DNA of 64,000 nt from positions 40,784 through 104,783 of the forward strand of contig JAZUMF010000005.1 in assembly GCA_045603485.1 (NCBI GenBank), in the 5' to 3' direction. Positions 19,992 to 30,357 of this stretch are shown piece by piece. Position numbers and translations under genes: made by a program. Every line of letters begins with the position of its first letter. Position 1 is the first letter of the stretch. The stretch comes from Kiritimatiellia bacterium. Its GTDB lineage: Bacteria; Verrucomicrobiota; Kiritimatiellia; RFP12; JAAYLN01. The notes under the pieces are model-generated. The model was given only the letters and a program-made list of their open reading frames with translations, was not told where the DNA came from and searched no databases.

Positions 19992-20633
19992 ATGCAAGTG
20001 AAGCAAATAAAGGGTTCCTCAGGCTTTTCGCTGGTTGAAATTCTCGTTGCGACGACGATTTTGCTCGTTATTGTCGTTTTGGTCTCAATGGTCTTTCAGC
20101 AGCAGAGCGCTGCTTTCCAAGCGGGCGTCGACCGCACTCAGGGGCAATCAGCCCTTCGGAGCGTTATGGGTATGGTTTCCAGGGATTTGTCACTGGCTGT
20201 TGATTCAGAGGATTATTTGGATTTGCCCAAAAATAAGTTTTCATCGACAAGCTTGTCGTTTCTTGCCTTGACTGGAGTGGACGGCAAGGATAATGTTGGC
20301 GCCGACAGCGAAGGAACTTTGTCTCTTCAATTGATTAAATACAGTTATTCAAGCAAGGTTGTCAGTCGTGAAGTTTCCAATATTTCTTTTTCAAAGGGTG
20401 GATGGAAAACAAGCGGCGCAAAGAAGAGTGCCTTAAACAGCAAGAGTAATCCGATTAACGACTTGGAGTTTATTGTTGAGGGTGGAACACTTACGATGCC
20501 GAATAATATCCGCATCTTAGCGTCCACCAAGGCAAATACGACGGCTTCGCCTGTTAGCGGCCATAGTGCCGGGCCAAACAGCTTATGGAACGACGATGAC
20601 GATATTTTTGTCGGCGGTAGGATGAATGAATAG
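19992..20633 (+). CDS. Prepilin-type pseudopilin 6
   Basis: SSGFSLVEILVATTILLV. The ATG at 19992 follows the previous stop. Confidence 0.75.
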   Translation: MQVKQIKGSSGFSLVEILVATTILLVIVVLVSMVFQQQSAAFQAGVDRTQGQSALRSVMGMVSRDLSLAVDSEDYLDLPKNKFSSTSLSFLALTGVDGKDNVGADSEGTLSLQLIKYSYSSKVVSREVSNISFSKGGWKTSGAKKSALNSKSNPINDLEFIVEGGTLTMPNNIRILASTKANTTASPVSGHSAGPNSLWNDDDDIFVGGRMNE

Positions 20634-20646
20634 GAAAGGGAGTAAG

Positions 20647-21120
20647 ATGAAGTTGTTTTCTCATATTACATCCCGTAGAAGTGCGGGTTTTACATTGCCG
20701 GAGCTTTTGGCGGTCGTTTGTATTATTTCTCTTTTGATGACAGCCTCCTTTGGTGCTCTTGCGAGAGCTAGAAAGATGGCGAGAATCACTAAGGCAGAGG
20801 TACAACTGCGTGAGCTTATCAATGCCTGGACTCAGTATTACACGACATACGAGGAGTGGCCATCCAATATGGAGGGCGCGCGTGATGTTGATGCAACGGG
20901 TGTTCTTCTCGCTCCGCTAACCGACGCTAATCATGCTGACAACCCGTACGGTATTGTATTTTTGAATTTTTCGGGCTCTGGCGCATATCGTGATCCATGG
21001 GGGCAGATGTATCGGCTTTCAACGAGCTCAGGTGGTAACTCGTCATCAGGTAGAGAGAAGGGCCTTACAATTCTCGAAACGACTGTTGCTCTGCCTAAGC
21101 GTATTGTCCCAATTCCCTAA
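20647..21120 (+). CDS. Prepilin-type pseudopilin 7
   Basis: SAGFTLPELLAVVCIISLLM. Confidence 0.75.
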   Translation: MKLFSHITSRRSAGFTLPELLAVVCIISLLMTASFGALARARKMARITKAEVQLRELINAWTQYYTTYEEWPSNMEGARDVDATGVLLAPLTDANHADNPYGIVFLNFSGSGAYRDPWGQMYRLSTSSGGNSSSGREKGLTILETTVALPKRIVPIP

Positions 21121-21134
21121 TGGAAGGAATAACG

Positions 21135-24100
21135 ATGAAAAGACTTCCACAATTAGATTCTTCGCGTTCCGGCATGGCTTTGGTTATCGTGCTGGGTTTG
21201 ATTTCTCTTTTGATTATCAGTAGCGTTACCTTTGCAATTTTGATGCGCGTTGAGCGTGCGAGCTCTGCCAATGCGCGCAATACGATGATGGCGCGTCAAA
21301 TAGTCAAAGCCGCATTGTATAATTCAATTGCGACGATTAGTGCCAATATCGGAGACGCTGCTTATCCCGAATGGTATGATTTGGATAAACCTGAAAAGCC
21401 CTACTGGAAAATGTATTCGACAAGAACAGATAAGGCTTTGGGCAAGAAAGAAGGGCGCGAGATACATTTCTGGAAGGATACCTTCGGTTCTATCGATCAT
21501 AACATTGGAACAAGCCCCGAAGGTGCTCGCGCTCCAGCCTTGATAATGACATATTCCGCCGAGCGTTATTTGCCTTATGCAATTCGTCATCGTGCATACG
21601 CAAGGGCTATGTCAGAGGGCGGAAAGTCGACTGGTGGCGTTAGCGGTATCGCACCGGAGTGGATTCCCGTTGCAACAGATGCAGATGATGTCAGCAAGGA
21701 AGGCGACAGCGATCTTAATACTAATGCCAGCAAAAATCAGAATATCGTCGGCCGTTATGCCTTTATGGCATTTAACACGACGGGATATCTTGACCTTTCA
21801 GCTATGATTTCAGAATATGCAAAGGCAAAGGAAAAACCTGTGCGTTTTATGGGTACGAGCGTATCTGAGCTCTCTTTGAGCTCAGCCTTTTTCAGCAAAG
21901 AGACAACTCATCAGAAATTCATTGAGGATAATGAAAATGCCGGTCGCTATGATACGGTCGCTGAGATTCTTGACCATAATCGAAAGAATGCCGACAAAGA
22001 TGGCGAGAATGACTCCGTCTTTGCCGACGGTGCGACATTTTCGGCCTTTTCATATATGCCAAAGGAATATGCACCACACAAGTCCGATGATGTTAATGAT
22101 AAAAAAGAGAATGGCGTAGCCTTCCGTGAAAAGATTTATATAGGTAAATACGATCCGGCAACTCCGGGCGAGGAGTTTAAGGAAAAAGAAGGTCAGGTCG
22201 AGCACATTAAGAAGCACAAGGCTCGCATAATGAAGGCCTTTTATGATAGCGGACTTCGCGCTTCATCGGGAGAGTACAGGAAGAATAAGACTATTTCAGA
22301 AGCAAAGTGCGATATTTGCGGCACTGCGGCATATACTTTGCCGACCAAGTATAATTCAGAGCAGGCACTTTGGGGATATCTTGGTTTGATTGATTATATC
22401 GATGAAGACGGCGAGCCTGCCGGTGATAATGATATGGAGCGCTACGGTCGCCCCGTAACCGAGGCGTCTCCTTTATTCAACGGCTTTATGACAGTTATTC
22501 GCTTGACGCGGGGCGAAGTAGTTGAAGAAAAGGATTATGAGTTGCCCAGCGGCGCAACCGAAAAGCGCAAGGTACTCAAAAGCGGCAAGGTCGGTGTCAC
22601 TGCCGAGGTAGTTGCAAAGATGGCCTTTACCGATCGTTTCGGCGAGAATTCAGGCTCTGATTTATTTGGCGATGCTATCTACGAGGGAAAGATTGCCTTG
22701 AGGTTTGATGGGGGTAAGAAAGAAGTATGGAAGGAGGGAATTGCCGAAGCCGCCAAAACGCTCAACGGCGTAGACAAAGACTTGCTTGATGAAGGTGCAA
22801 TTGTTTGCGTCGGCGAGCTTGATGGGGAGTATCCTGATGTTCCGTTGCTTTTGATTGAAGACTTTAAGTATGAAAGTGAAGTTAATGCTGCAAGCCTTGA
22901 TGAGGTAGAATTCCCAGATATGGTTTATGCCAGTGCCGCAGCCCAGATTGAGATGATTGATGGCATCACTCAGCGTATTCCTGCCGATGAGGCTATCTAT
23001 ATAAATGAAGGGTACGAGGATTGGCTTACTGCGAGTGTCGAGCCTAAACCTTTTGAGATTCAGGGTGAGGAGAAGGTCAGGGTAAATGTCAGCGATGGGG
23101 TCGCAACCTATACTGTTACTACGAATGTCGTTCATTTGGTTATGTGGGGTGAGATGCTTGATCCTCGTTTTTATCACGCAGGAGCCTACTCCGAGACAAT
23201 GCCTAATGCCTTGCCGAAGGTTGCACTTGTAAGTCATGACGAAGATTTTGACGGCGCCGGATTTTTGGATGACTATGAAAAGCTTCCTGTCCTTCCAATC
23301 TTTAACGACATGAAGAGCTTGATGGAAAAAGGCGGGTATCAAGAGTTCATCACGGAGTTTAAAGAATTCAAAAATCCGAAAAAAGAGTATTTCGTCAAAG
23401 ACTATTTTGCAACTGCCGACCTTGATGTGGGCTACTATACAAAATTCCAAAAGGCTTTTCTTGAGAATGCATCCGATATTCTCAAGGATAAGAAATATTT
23501 TGGCGGTCACATTGACGGCTCGCATCTCGGTGTTGAGGTCGGCAAAGACAATAAGGAAACCGATACTCTCGCGAATCAGTGGTTTACGATGCATGTCAAA
23601 AATAAGCCGCTAGATACGGTGGGCGAGCTTGGTCATTTGCCGATTGGCCCATGGGCGACGATTCGTTTGACGGGTTTTGATAGTGAGGTCGCAGAGGGTA
23701 AAAAGTTTGAGAAAGACGATTTCTGGAATAACTTCAACCAGCTCCCCGAAGTGTATAGCCCTGAAGACGGCGAGGATGTGACAATGCCGTTCCATACGGT
23801 ATTAGACCATTTTACCACCCGCGGTGCCACGCGCGGTTTGATCAATTTGAATTCGCCAGATCCTGCAACCTTGGCGATGGCATTTTATGATATGCCTCTT
23901 GATACAGAGACTTTGCCTGCCGTGGACGATAAAGACTGTGATGTTATAGTGACTGATACCGATGCTGAGGATTTCGCCAGTGTGCTTCTTGATTCATGGA
24001 GTCAGCATAATGAAGACGAGGACGAGCCAGTCCCATTTTCGCGTCTCTCTCAATTAGGGTATGCCTTTGAGGCAGGTCCAGAGGTCTTAGGTGGGGTTGC

Positions 24101-24356
24101 CGAGCCTTCCAATTATTATCGCGAGGCGGCAATCCGTAATTCCTGCGGGCTCTTTACGACCCGCGGTATGACCTTTACGATTATTATGCGCGGTGAGGCA
24201 TTTACACCTACATTCGGTCGAATCGCCGTTAGCGATGAGGCCGGTACAACGCATGCAACCCGTACTGCAATAGCACAGGTTTGGCGCGATACTGAAAAGA
24301 ACGAGGACGGTATTTATCCTTTCTTTATTCAGTACTTCAAGATTCTTGACGACTAG
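21135..24356 (+). CDS. Giant GspK-like minor pseudopilin (1073 aa)
   Basis: The N-terminus GMALVIVLGLISLLIISSVTFAILMRVERASSANARN resembles the non-cleaved hydrophobic helix of GspK. It lies immediately after the seven pseudopilin genes. The rest of the protein is acidic and of unknown fold. Confidence 0.55.
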   Translation: MKRLPQLDSSRSGMALVIVLGLISLLIISSVTFAILMRVERASSANARNTMMARQIVKAALYNSIATISANIGDAAYPEWYDLDKPEKPYWKMYSTRTDKALGKKEGREIHFWKDTFGSIDHNIGTSPEGARAPALIMTYSAERYLPYAIRHRAYARAMSEGGKSTGGVSGIAPEWIPVATDADDVSKEGDSDLNTNASKNQNIVGRYAFMAFNTTGYLDLSAMISEYAKAKEKPVRFMGTSVSELSLSSAFFSKETTHQKFIEDNENAGRYDTVAEILDHNRKNADKDGENDSVFADGATFSAFSYMPKEYAPHKSDDVNDKKENGVAFREKIYIGKYDPATPGEEFKEKEGQVEHIKKHKARIMKAFYDSGLRASSGEYRKNKTISEAKCDICGTAAYTLPTKYNSEQALWGYLGLIDYIDEDGEPAGDNDMERYGRPVTEASPLFNGFMTVIRLTRGEVVEEKDYELPSGATEKRKVLKSGKVGVTAEVVAKMAFTDRFGENSGSDLFGDAIYEGKIALRFDGGKKEVWKEGIAEAAKTLNGVDKDLLDEGAIVCVGELDGEYPDVPLLLIEDFKYESEVNAASLDEVEFPDMVYASAAAQIEMIDGITQRIPADEAIYINEGYEDWLTASVEPKPFEIQGEEKVRVNVSDGVATYTVTTNVVHLVMWGEMLDPRFYHAGAYSETMPNALPKVALVSHDEDFDGAGFLDDYEKLPVLPIFNDMKSLMEKGGYQEFITEFKEFKNPKKEYFVKDYFATADLDVGYYTKFQKAFLENASDILKDKKYFGGHIDGSHLGVEVGKDNKETDTLANQWFTMHVKNKPLDTVGELGHLPIGPWATIRLTGFDSEVAEGKKFEKDDFWNNFNQLPEVYSPEDGEDVTMPFHTVLDHFTTRGATRGLINLNSPDPATLAMAFYDMPLDTETLPAVDDKDCDVIVTDTDAEDFASVLLDSWSQHNEDEDEPVPFSRLSQLGYAFEAGPEVLGGVAEPSNYYREAAIRNSCGLFTTRGMTFTIIMRGEAFTPTFGRIAVSDEAGTTHATRTAIAQVWRDTEKNEDGIYPFFIQYFKILDD

Positions 24357-24365
24357 GTTTTGACA

Positions 24366-26153
24366 ATGCCTTCACTTCTTTCTATGCAGGGAGTTTCGCT
24401 TGCCTTTGGCGGAGATCCCCTTCTTGACGGCGTATCCCTTGATATTTCAAAGGGCGATCGCATTGGCCTTGTGGGGCGCAACGGCTCCGGTAAATCTTCA
24501 CTGCTAAAGGTTATTGCCGGGGAGTTGGAGCCCGACAGCGGGACGATTGTCCGTCAGCCATCGTTGCGTATTGCAACCCTGCCTCAGGATGTCCCCGATG
24601 GGCTTAAAGGCTCAGTCCTTGATGTAGTCTTGTCTATCGGAGGTGAGGGCGTCGGGCGCGCGACCGCCGCCTCAGCCATCTCAAGGCTTGGGCTTGATCC
24701 CGATGCCGAGTTTGATACGCTCTCCGGCGGACAGCGCCGCCGTTGTCTTCTTGCTCGGGCTCTTGCCTCCGAACCCGATATTCTAATTCTTGATGAGCCG
24801 ACAAATCATCTTGATATTCCAACTATCGAATGGCTTGAGGATTACCTTTTGAGCCGCATTCCTACATATATTTTTGTCACGCACGACCGTTCGTTTTTGC
24901 AGCATCTTGCCAAGCGTATCGTCGACTTGGATAGGGGCGAGTTGAATGGATGGGATTGCGACTACAATACTTTTCTTCGCCGTAAGCAGCAGGTGCTTGA
25001 GGATGAGGACGCTGTCTTTGAGCGCATGGGTAAGAAGCTGAAGAAGGAGGAGGCTTGGCTTCGCCGCGGCGTAAAGGCCCGAACGACGAGAAATGAGGGG
25101 CGCGTAAGGGCATTGCTTGAGCTTCGTGCGCAATACGCAACAAGGCGTACTGAAATCGGCACCGGCAAGATGGAGATTTTGTCATCAGAACAATCAGGCG
25201 CGCGGGTAATGCGAATTAAGGATGTTTCCTTTGCCTATCCCGATGGCGAGCCTTTGATTGAGAATTTTTCTTTGGATATTCTGCGAGGCGAGCGTATTGG
25301 AATCATCGGGCCGAACGGTGCCGGCAAGTCGACCTTTGTAAAGCTACTCCTTGGTGAGTTGACTCCAAGCAAAGGCGAGGTGATTCCCGGTACAAATCTT
25401 TCTGTCGTCTATTTCGATCAGCTTCGCCGCCAGTTGAATCCGGAACTGTCTGTTGCCGAAAATGTTGCCGACGGTCACGACACGGTTTCTGTCGGAGGTA
25501 CATCAAGGCATGTCCTTTCATACTTGGGCGATTTTCTTTTTAGCCCGGAGAGGGCAAGGTCTCCGGTAAAGGCTTTGTCTGGCGGCGAACGGAGCCGTTT
25601 GCTGCTAGCGCGTCTTTTTTTGAATCGCTGCAATATGCTGATTCTGGACGAGCCTACCAATGACTTGGATGTGGAAACGCTTGATCTCTTGGAAGAACAG
25701 GTGGCGACCTTTGACGGTACTGTTATCGTTATCAGCCACGACAGAGCCTTTCTCGATAATGTGGTTACCAGTACGCTTGTCTTTGAGGATGGCGGTATCC
25801 GTACATACCCAGGGGGATATACCGATTGGAAGCGTGCCGCCGCTGCCAAGGAGGCAAAGGTAAAGGAAGCCAATGCCGCAATCAAGGCGCAAACAGAGCA
25901 GGGTAAAAAGCGCCCTGCCGATGATAAGCCGAAAAAACTCAGCTATAATGAGCGGCGCGAGTATGATTCAATCCCCTCTAAAATAGAGGAGCTTGAAAAG
26001 GAAGAGGCAGAGCTTAACGAGCGGATGCTTGATCCTGAGGTTTACAAGAAGCCGGCGACGGATATTCGTGCATGGCAGGCAAGGCTTGATGCGATTCCCT
26101 CTGAAATCGATGCTCTTATGACCCGCTGGTCGGAATTGGACGAGCGCGCCTAA
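24366..26153 (+). CDS. ABC-F family ATPase (Uup/EttA-like) with two ABC domains and a C-terminal coiled coil
   Basis: Two Walker A motifs (GRNGSGKSS, GPNGAGKST) and two LSGG signatures. No TM domain. Confidence 0.9.
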   Translation: MPSLLSMQGVSLAFGGDPLLDGVSLDISKGDRIGLVGRNGSGKSSLLKVIAGELEPDSGTIVRQPSLRIATLPQDVPDGLKGSVLDVVLSIGGEGVGRATAASAISRLGLDPDAEFDTLSGGQRRRCLLARALASEPDILILDEPTNHLDIPTIEWLEDYLLSRIPTYIFVTHDRSFLQHLAKRIVDLDRGELNGWDCDYNTFLRRKQQVLEDEDAVFERMGKKLKKEEAWLRRGVKARTTRNEGRVRALLELRAQYATRRTEIGTGKMEILSSEQSGARVMRIKDVSFAYPDGEPLIENFSLDILRGERIGIIGPNGAGKSTFVKLLLGELTPSKGEVIPGTNLSVVYFDQLRRQLNPELSVAENVADGHDTVSVGGTSRHVLSYLGDFLFSPERARSPVKALSGGERSRLLLARLFLNRCNMLILDEPTNDLDVETLDLLEEQVATFDGTVIVISHDRAFLDNVVTSTLVFEDGGIRTYPGGYTDWKRAAAAKEAKVKEANAAIKAQTEQGKKRPADDKPKKLSYNERREYDSIPSKIEELEKEEAELNERMLDPEVYKKPATDIRAWQARLDAIPSEIDALMTRWSELDERA

Positions 26154-26563
26154 TTTGCCGGTTGTGTCGAGGCATTCAGATTAAAGGACTTTGGAAGTAA
26201 TTCTTCCAATGTGAATGTTTCACGCTTTTTTCCGTCAAGTGTTAAGCAGCAGACAGTTGTATCTGCATTGCCGAATTCTGAAAGGACCTGTCGGCAGGCA
26301 CCGCAAGGGTAGGCGGGTGTCTTCTCCCCACCAGCTATTGCTATGGCTTTGATTTTGCGCGCTCCTCCGCTGATGGCTTTGTATATGGCGGTGCGTTCAG
26401 CGCACATAGTAAGACCATACGAGCCATTTTCGATATTGCAACCTGTGTAGATGCTTCCGTCTTCTGTAATGACCGCGGCACCAACCTTGAAGTTTGAGTA
26501 CGGTACATACGCATTTCGGGAGGCTTCTATCGCCATTTGAGGGAGAGTATCGTCTATTTCCAT
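26150..26563 (-). CDS. cdd: Cytidine deaminase
   Basis: CAE and PCGxCRQ zinc-binding motifs. 137 aa. Confidence 0.85.
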   Translation of the reverse strand: MEIDDTLPQMAIEASRNAYVPYSNFKVGAAVITEDGSIYTGCNIENGSYGLTMCAERTAIYKAISGGARKIKAIAIAGGEKTPAYPCGACRQVLSEFGNADTTVCCLTLDGKKRETFTLEELLPKSFNLNASTQPAN

Positions 26564-26566
26564 TTG

Positions 26567-27136
26567 TTATCTTCCTTTTAGCATTTCGGAGACTGTTTCC
26601 ATAGGCAGCCCCACTACATTGGTGTAGGAGCCGATAACAGATTCGATGACCATGTCTCCATAGTCAGCCGCATCGTAGGCTCCTGCCCGGTCATATGGCT
26701 CAACGAGTCTTATGTAGGAGTCGATATCTTCGTCCGTCAAATTTTTGAATTTAACTATTGTCGCCTCTACGCGAACTTGCTCTTGCGGCTCATTCGGCGA
26801 TGAGAGAACAACGCCGGTGAATACTGTCTGCTCGTTGCCTGAAAAGGCACGCAAAAATGCCTTTGCTTCGGCTTCGCCTGTGGGCTTGCCGACGAGTTGG
26901 CCTTGAAACCAGACGAGTGTATCGGCGGTCAAAATGATGCCGTCGGGATGTGCAATGCGACATGCGCGGTTTTTCTCCAGTGCATTATGGATGACTGTCC
27001 CGACGGGATTTGCGCTGTCGGAAATTTCGTCGGCGTCGGTGGGTGCCACAGTAAAGTCAAATCCGGCTTCTCGCAGAAGGCGCTGACGCCTCGGAGAGGC
27101 CGAGCCTAATATCAGGTTTTCTATCTTTGCAGCCAT
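26567..27136 (-). CDS. maf: Maf-like nucleoside triphosphate pyrophosphatase
   Basis: N-terminal LILGSASPRRQRLL. 189 aa. Confidence 0.85.
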   Translation of the reverse strand: MAAKIENLILGSASPRRQRLLREAGFDFTVAPTDADEISDSANPVGTVIHNALEKNRACRIAHPDGIILTADTLVWFQGQLVGKPTGEAEAKAFLRAFSGNEQTVFTGVVLSSPNEPQEQVRVEATIVKFKNLTDEDIDSYIRLVEPYDRAGAYDAADYGDMVIESVIGSYTNVVGLPMETVSEMLKGR

Positions 27137-27146
27137 ATCGGTAAGA

Positions 27147-28952
27147 TCAAAAGGTCAAGCGTATGTAGCCTGAGGGTGGAATCGTTATATCAACGGGACC
27201 GGCATGAAGAGACGAGAGGTCGCAAGGCGCTTCAACGCCAAATGTATCAAACGCCGCGGCGCTCTTCGGTGTCGCCATGAGGCGTGCGCAGACCTTGTCG
27301 GTGCCGGTTCCGTTTACTATGTAGACCGTTTTATCGGGTGAGCCTGCATCAATGACAATGGTGTCGCTGTATACGCCAATCACGCGTTCGGTCGCGGACT
27401 CGCCCTCAAGCCATGGGTATTTGAGCTCTGGATGATGTGCTTTGAACGAGCCTTTAAGTAAGGCCTCTTTATGCTCTTTTGTAAAGGCAATCCAATGACG
27501 CATCATTTTGAGGTGCTCTTCGGGAAGGTTACGCAGCATCATTGAATATTGAATGACAGAGAAGATGACATTGATAACTGAGCGTGCGGCGCAAATGGCA
27601 CTTTCCGACGGATGCCATTCAAGCATGTCCGCATGAACTGCCGATTGACCTGATGTCATTCTCAAGGAGGCTGTTCTTTTTCGGTTTTCCGTAAAGTCTC
27701 CTGGGCAATCGGAGGCCCGCATCATATTGCCGTATTTACGGATTGAAGTGCCGATGTAGGCTTGGCGGAATTCAATAAGCATGTCGGGTTTGATTGCCTT
27801 TAAGCGCTTTGCGACATCAAGCATTAAGACATCGACAGCTTCTTGGATTGTCTTAATGTCCCGTCCTGCCCAATTATCCTTTACGGCAGGATCCTCTTTG
27901 CCGTATGGAAGGGTAAAGTTATCGATAAAATCGAGCTTAAATCCATCAAGTCCCCATTCAAGTGCCGCTTTTTCATAGGTCGAGGCTATGAATTCGCGCA
28001 CTTCGGGGAATCGCGGGTCTAGAATAGATGCGGAAAGTCCATCTCGCGTAAAGAGAAATTTTCCCTTGAAGCGTTCATAATTTTCGCTCTTTTCGCCAAC
28101 AAAAGGAACTGAGTACCAAAGCATATACTTAAAGCCCATCTTTTGAATGCGGCGCACATGGGATGCCATATCAGGGAAGCGGCGAGGGGAAATCTTCCAG
28201 TCGCCGCAAAAGGCATATCCGCGAGATGTGTCGTCAGTCTGCCAGCCATCATCGACAATAAGAGTTTTCATTCCAATGGAAGCCGCTATAGCGCACTCTT
28301 CTTCAATTTCCTTATCAAAGACATTTTGATGGAAGCAGTACCATGTGGAATAGAGGGGATTAAAGGCGGCATCGGGTGCCTCGCAGGGAATCGCTCCTGA
28401 TGTGGCGGCTATCCAAGCCACGGCTTCACTTACGGCGTCGCCGTAAAAGATTTCCCTGCGGTCCAAGCGAAACTTCAAGGAATATTCCGTTAATGGCGCT
28501 TCGGCATCGTCAAAAAAGATGAAGCGGCAAGAGGCAGTGCAAGTTTCTTCGTGGATTCCGACTCTAAAGTAGACGGGGCGAAGTGCTTCATTGCAGGCAA
28601 TTGCGAGACGATTTTTTTCGTTTGCGTTTATAAGAAGATGCAGCGGCAAATATTGCGCGATTGCCGATTGCTGTGAGGCTCCCCACATTGGCGGTAGTGA
28701 TGTGTCGGTGCGTGATGGAGCCCAATAATGATTGATGTCGTTCTGCGCAATCGAAAAACTGAACTCAAAGCGGGGTGGCTGCAGAGGAGTCGCTGCATAG
28801 GCTGAAACTGTAAGTATTTCTACATCATCGGATTCTTTATAGGCAGATAAAACAAACGACCAGCCATTAGGCTCGTTACATGAAAGCGTCGCCTCTCCGA
28901 CCAGAGTGCTATTGATTGAAGTTGTAAGCGTCTTTATTACATCGTTGTCCAT
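27147..28952 (-). CDS. Glycoside hydrolase, GH36 (alpha-galactosidase-like)
   Basis: LIVDDGWQ (DDGW melibiase motif) and GFKLDF. About 600 aa. Confidence 0.55.
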   Translation of the reverse strand: MDNDVIKTLTTSINSTLVGEATLSCNEPNGWSFVLSAYKESDDVEILTVSAYAATPLQPPRFEFSFSIAQNDINHYWAPSRTDTSLPPMWGASQQSAIAQYLPLHLLINANEKNRLAIACNEALRPVYFRVGIHEETCTASCRFIFFDDAEAPLTEYSLKFRLDRREIFYGDAVSEAVAWIAATSGAIPCEAPDAAFNPLYSTWYCFHQNVFDKEIEEECAIAASIGMKTLIVDDGWQTDDTSRGYAFCGDWKISPRRFPDMASHVRRIQKMGFKYMLWYSVPFVGEKSENYERFKGKFLFTRDGLSASILDPRFPEVREFIASTYEKAALEWGLDGFKLDFIDNFTLPYGKEDPAVKDNWAGRDIKTIQEAVDVLMLDVAKRLKAIKPDMLIEFRQAYIGTSIRKYGNMMRASDCPGDFTENRKRTASLRMTSGQSAVHADMLEWHPSESAICAARSVINVIFSVIQYSMMLRNLPEEHLKMMRHWIAFTKEHKEALLKGSFKAHHPELKYPWLEGESATERVIGVYSDTIVIDAGSPDKTVYIVNGTGTDKVCARLMATPKSAAAFDTFGVEAPCDLSSLHAGPVDITIPPSGYIRLTF

Positions 28953-29090
28953 GGTGACTCCAAATATGTTTAGGATGTAAGATATTTTACCAAAGAATCA
29001 AATTTTTATCTTGAAAAAGTTGTCGATAAGTAGTAGGATAATAATTTGCTTATTATCATGATGATTTTAGCATTACCTTTAAGGAGAATA

Positions 29091-30230
29091 ATGAAAATGA
29101 AAAATAGTACTTTATTGACCGTTGTCGCTATGGCATCAGCTCTTGCTGCAGTTGGTTGCGGAGCTCAGGAGAACTCTTCAAATCAGAAGGCGCCTGCAGC
29201 AGCTACCGCCGCAGAAGAAATGGCAGGCGAAGTCCTTGCCGCGGCACCTGCACCCTCGTTTGCCGATGATGAGGTGCTCGTCGAGGCTTACGGCGATAAG
29301 TTGACATACGGCAAGGCCATTGAAATGATGAAGCGTATGCTTATGATGCAGGGAGCTCCCGCCGAGCAGATTGATCAGATTGTCAAGCAGATGGCTGGTC
29401 AGGCCATTCCTGAGATTTCTGAGCAGTTTGTTCAGATGGCGGCATTGAAGGATGCGGCGGCAAAGGCAGGCTTCAAGGCAGAGCAGGCCGATGTTGATGA
29501 GATTGTCAGCAATATGGTCTCACGCCTTCCTCCCGGCGCTACTCTTGAGGATATGATGGCAAAGAGCGGAATGACGCTCGATGAGGTTAAGAAAGAGATT
29601 CGCGACTCACTTCCTATCCAGAAGATGTTTGAGAGCCTTACTAAGGATGTTAAGGTTGACGAAGCAAAGGCCAAGGCCTTTTACGACGAAAATAACGCAT
29701 TCTTTGAAGTGCCCGAGCAGATTCGCGCAAGTCACATCCTCATTAAGACTGATGATGCGACGAATGATGTCTTGAAGGCTGCCGCAAGGGCAAAGATCGA
29801 AGGCATCCTAAAGCAAGTCAAGGATGGCGGTGATTTTGCAGCTCTCGCTGCCGCCAACTCCGATTGCCCAAGCAAGAGCAACGGTGGTGATTTAGGTCTC
29901 TTCGGTAAAGGTCAGATGGTTCCTCCATTTGAAGAGGCCGCCTTCGCCCTTTCAACAAACGAAGTAAGCGGTGTCGTCGAGACAAGCTTCGGCTATCATA
30001 TCATTAAGCTCACAGACCGCGTTCCCGCATCAAAGAGGGCCTTTGATGAGGTCAAGGAGCAGATTGTCAGCCGTCTAACCTCTGAAGAGCAGGGTAAGAT
30101 TGTTTCAGAATATGTTGAAAAGATTTCAGCCGACCTCAAGTACAAGGCTAATGACAAGCTCAAGCTCTTTGTTAAGGATGAGATTGCTCCAGAGGCCGAT
30201 GCCGTTGAACCAGCTGCCGATGCTAAATAA
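29091..30230 (+). CDS. PpiC-type peptidyl-prolyl isomerase lipoprotein (PrsA/SurA-like)
   Basis: Lipobox LAAVGC after the signal peptide. The parvulin domain reads ASHILIK...GGDLG...GYHIIK. The AAGGAG RBS sits 5 nt upstream of ATG 29091. Confidence 0.7.
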   Translation: MKMKNSTLLTVVAMASALAAVGCGAQENSSNQKAPAAATAAEEMAGEVLAAAPAPSFADDEVLVEAYGDKLTYGKAIEMMKRMLMMQGAPAEQIDQIVKQMAGQAIPEISEQFVQMAALKDAAAKAGFKAEQADVDEIVSNMVSRLPPGATLEDMMAKSGMTLDEVKKEIRDSLPIQKMFESLTKDVKVDEAKAKAFYDENNAFFEVPEQIRASHILIKTDDATNDVLKAAARAKIEGILKQVKDGGDFAALAAANSDCPSKSNGGDLGLFGKGQMVPPFEEAAFALSTNEVSGVVETSFGYHIIKLTDRVPASKRAFDEVKEQIVSRLTSEEQGKIVSEYVEKISADLKYKANDKLKLFVKDEIAPEADAVEPAADAK

Positions 30231-30290
30231 GCGGCTTGGCGGTAGCTTCATGCATAGCGATTGCATGGAATCCGCTCTAGGCTATGAGTG

Positions 30291-30322
30291 GGGCGGTACT
30301 TAGGTGCCGCCCTTTTGCTTTT
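30291..30322 (+). terminator. Rho-independent terminator after the PpiC gene
   Basis: A 9-bp GC-rich stem (gggcggtac / gtgccgccc) with a 4-nt loop, followed by ttttgcttttg. Confidence 0.75.
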
Positions 30323-30357
30323 GAATTCTGTGTTGTTTCTTATTAGGAGATTTTGTT

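Noticed and set aside
22662-23594. 310-aa antisense ORF inside the GspK-like gene
   Set aside because: Antisense. Stop-poor because of local composition. No recognisable features.
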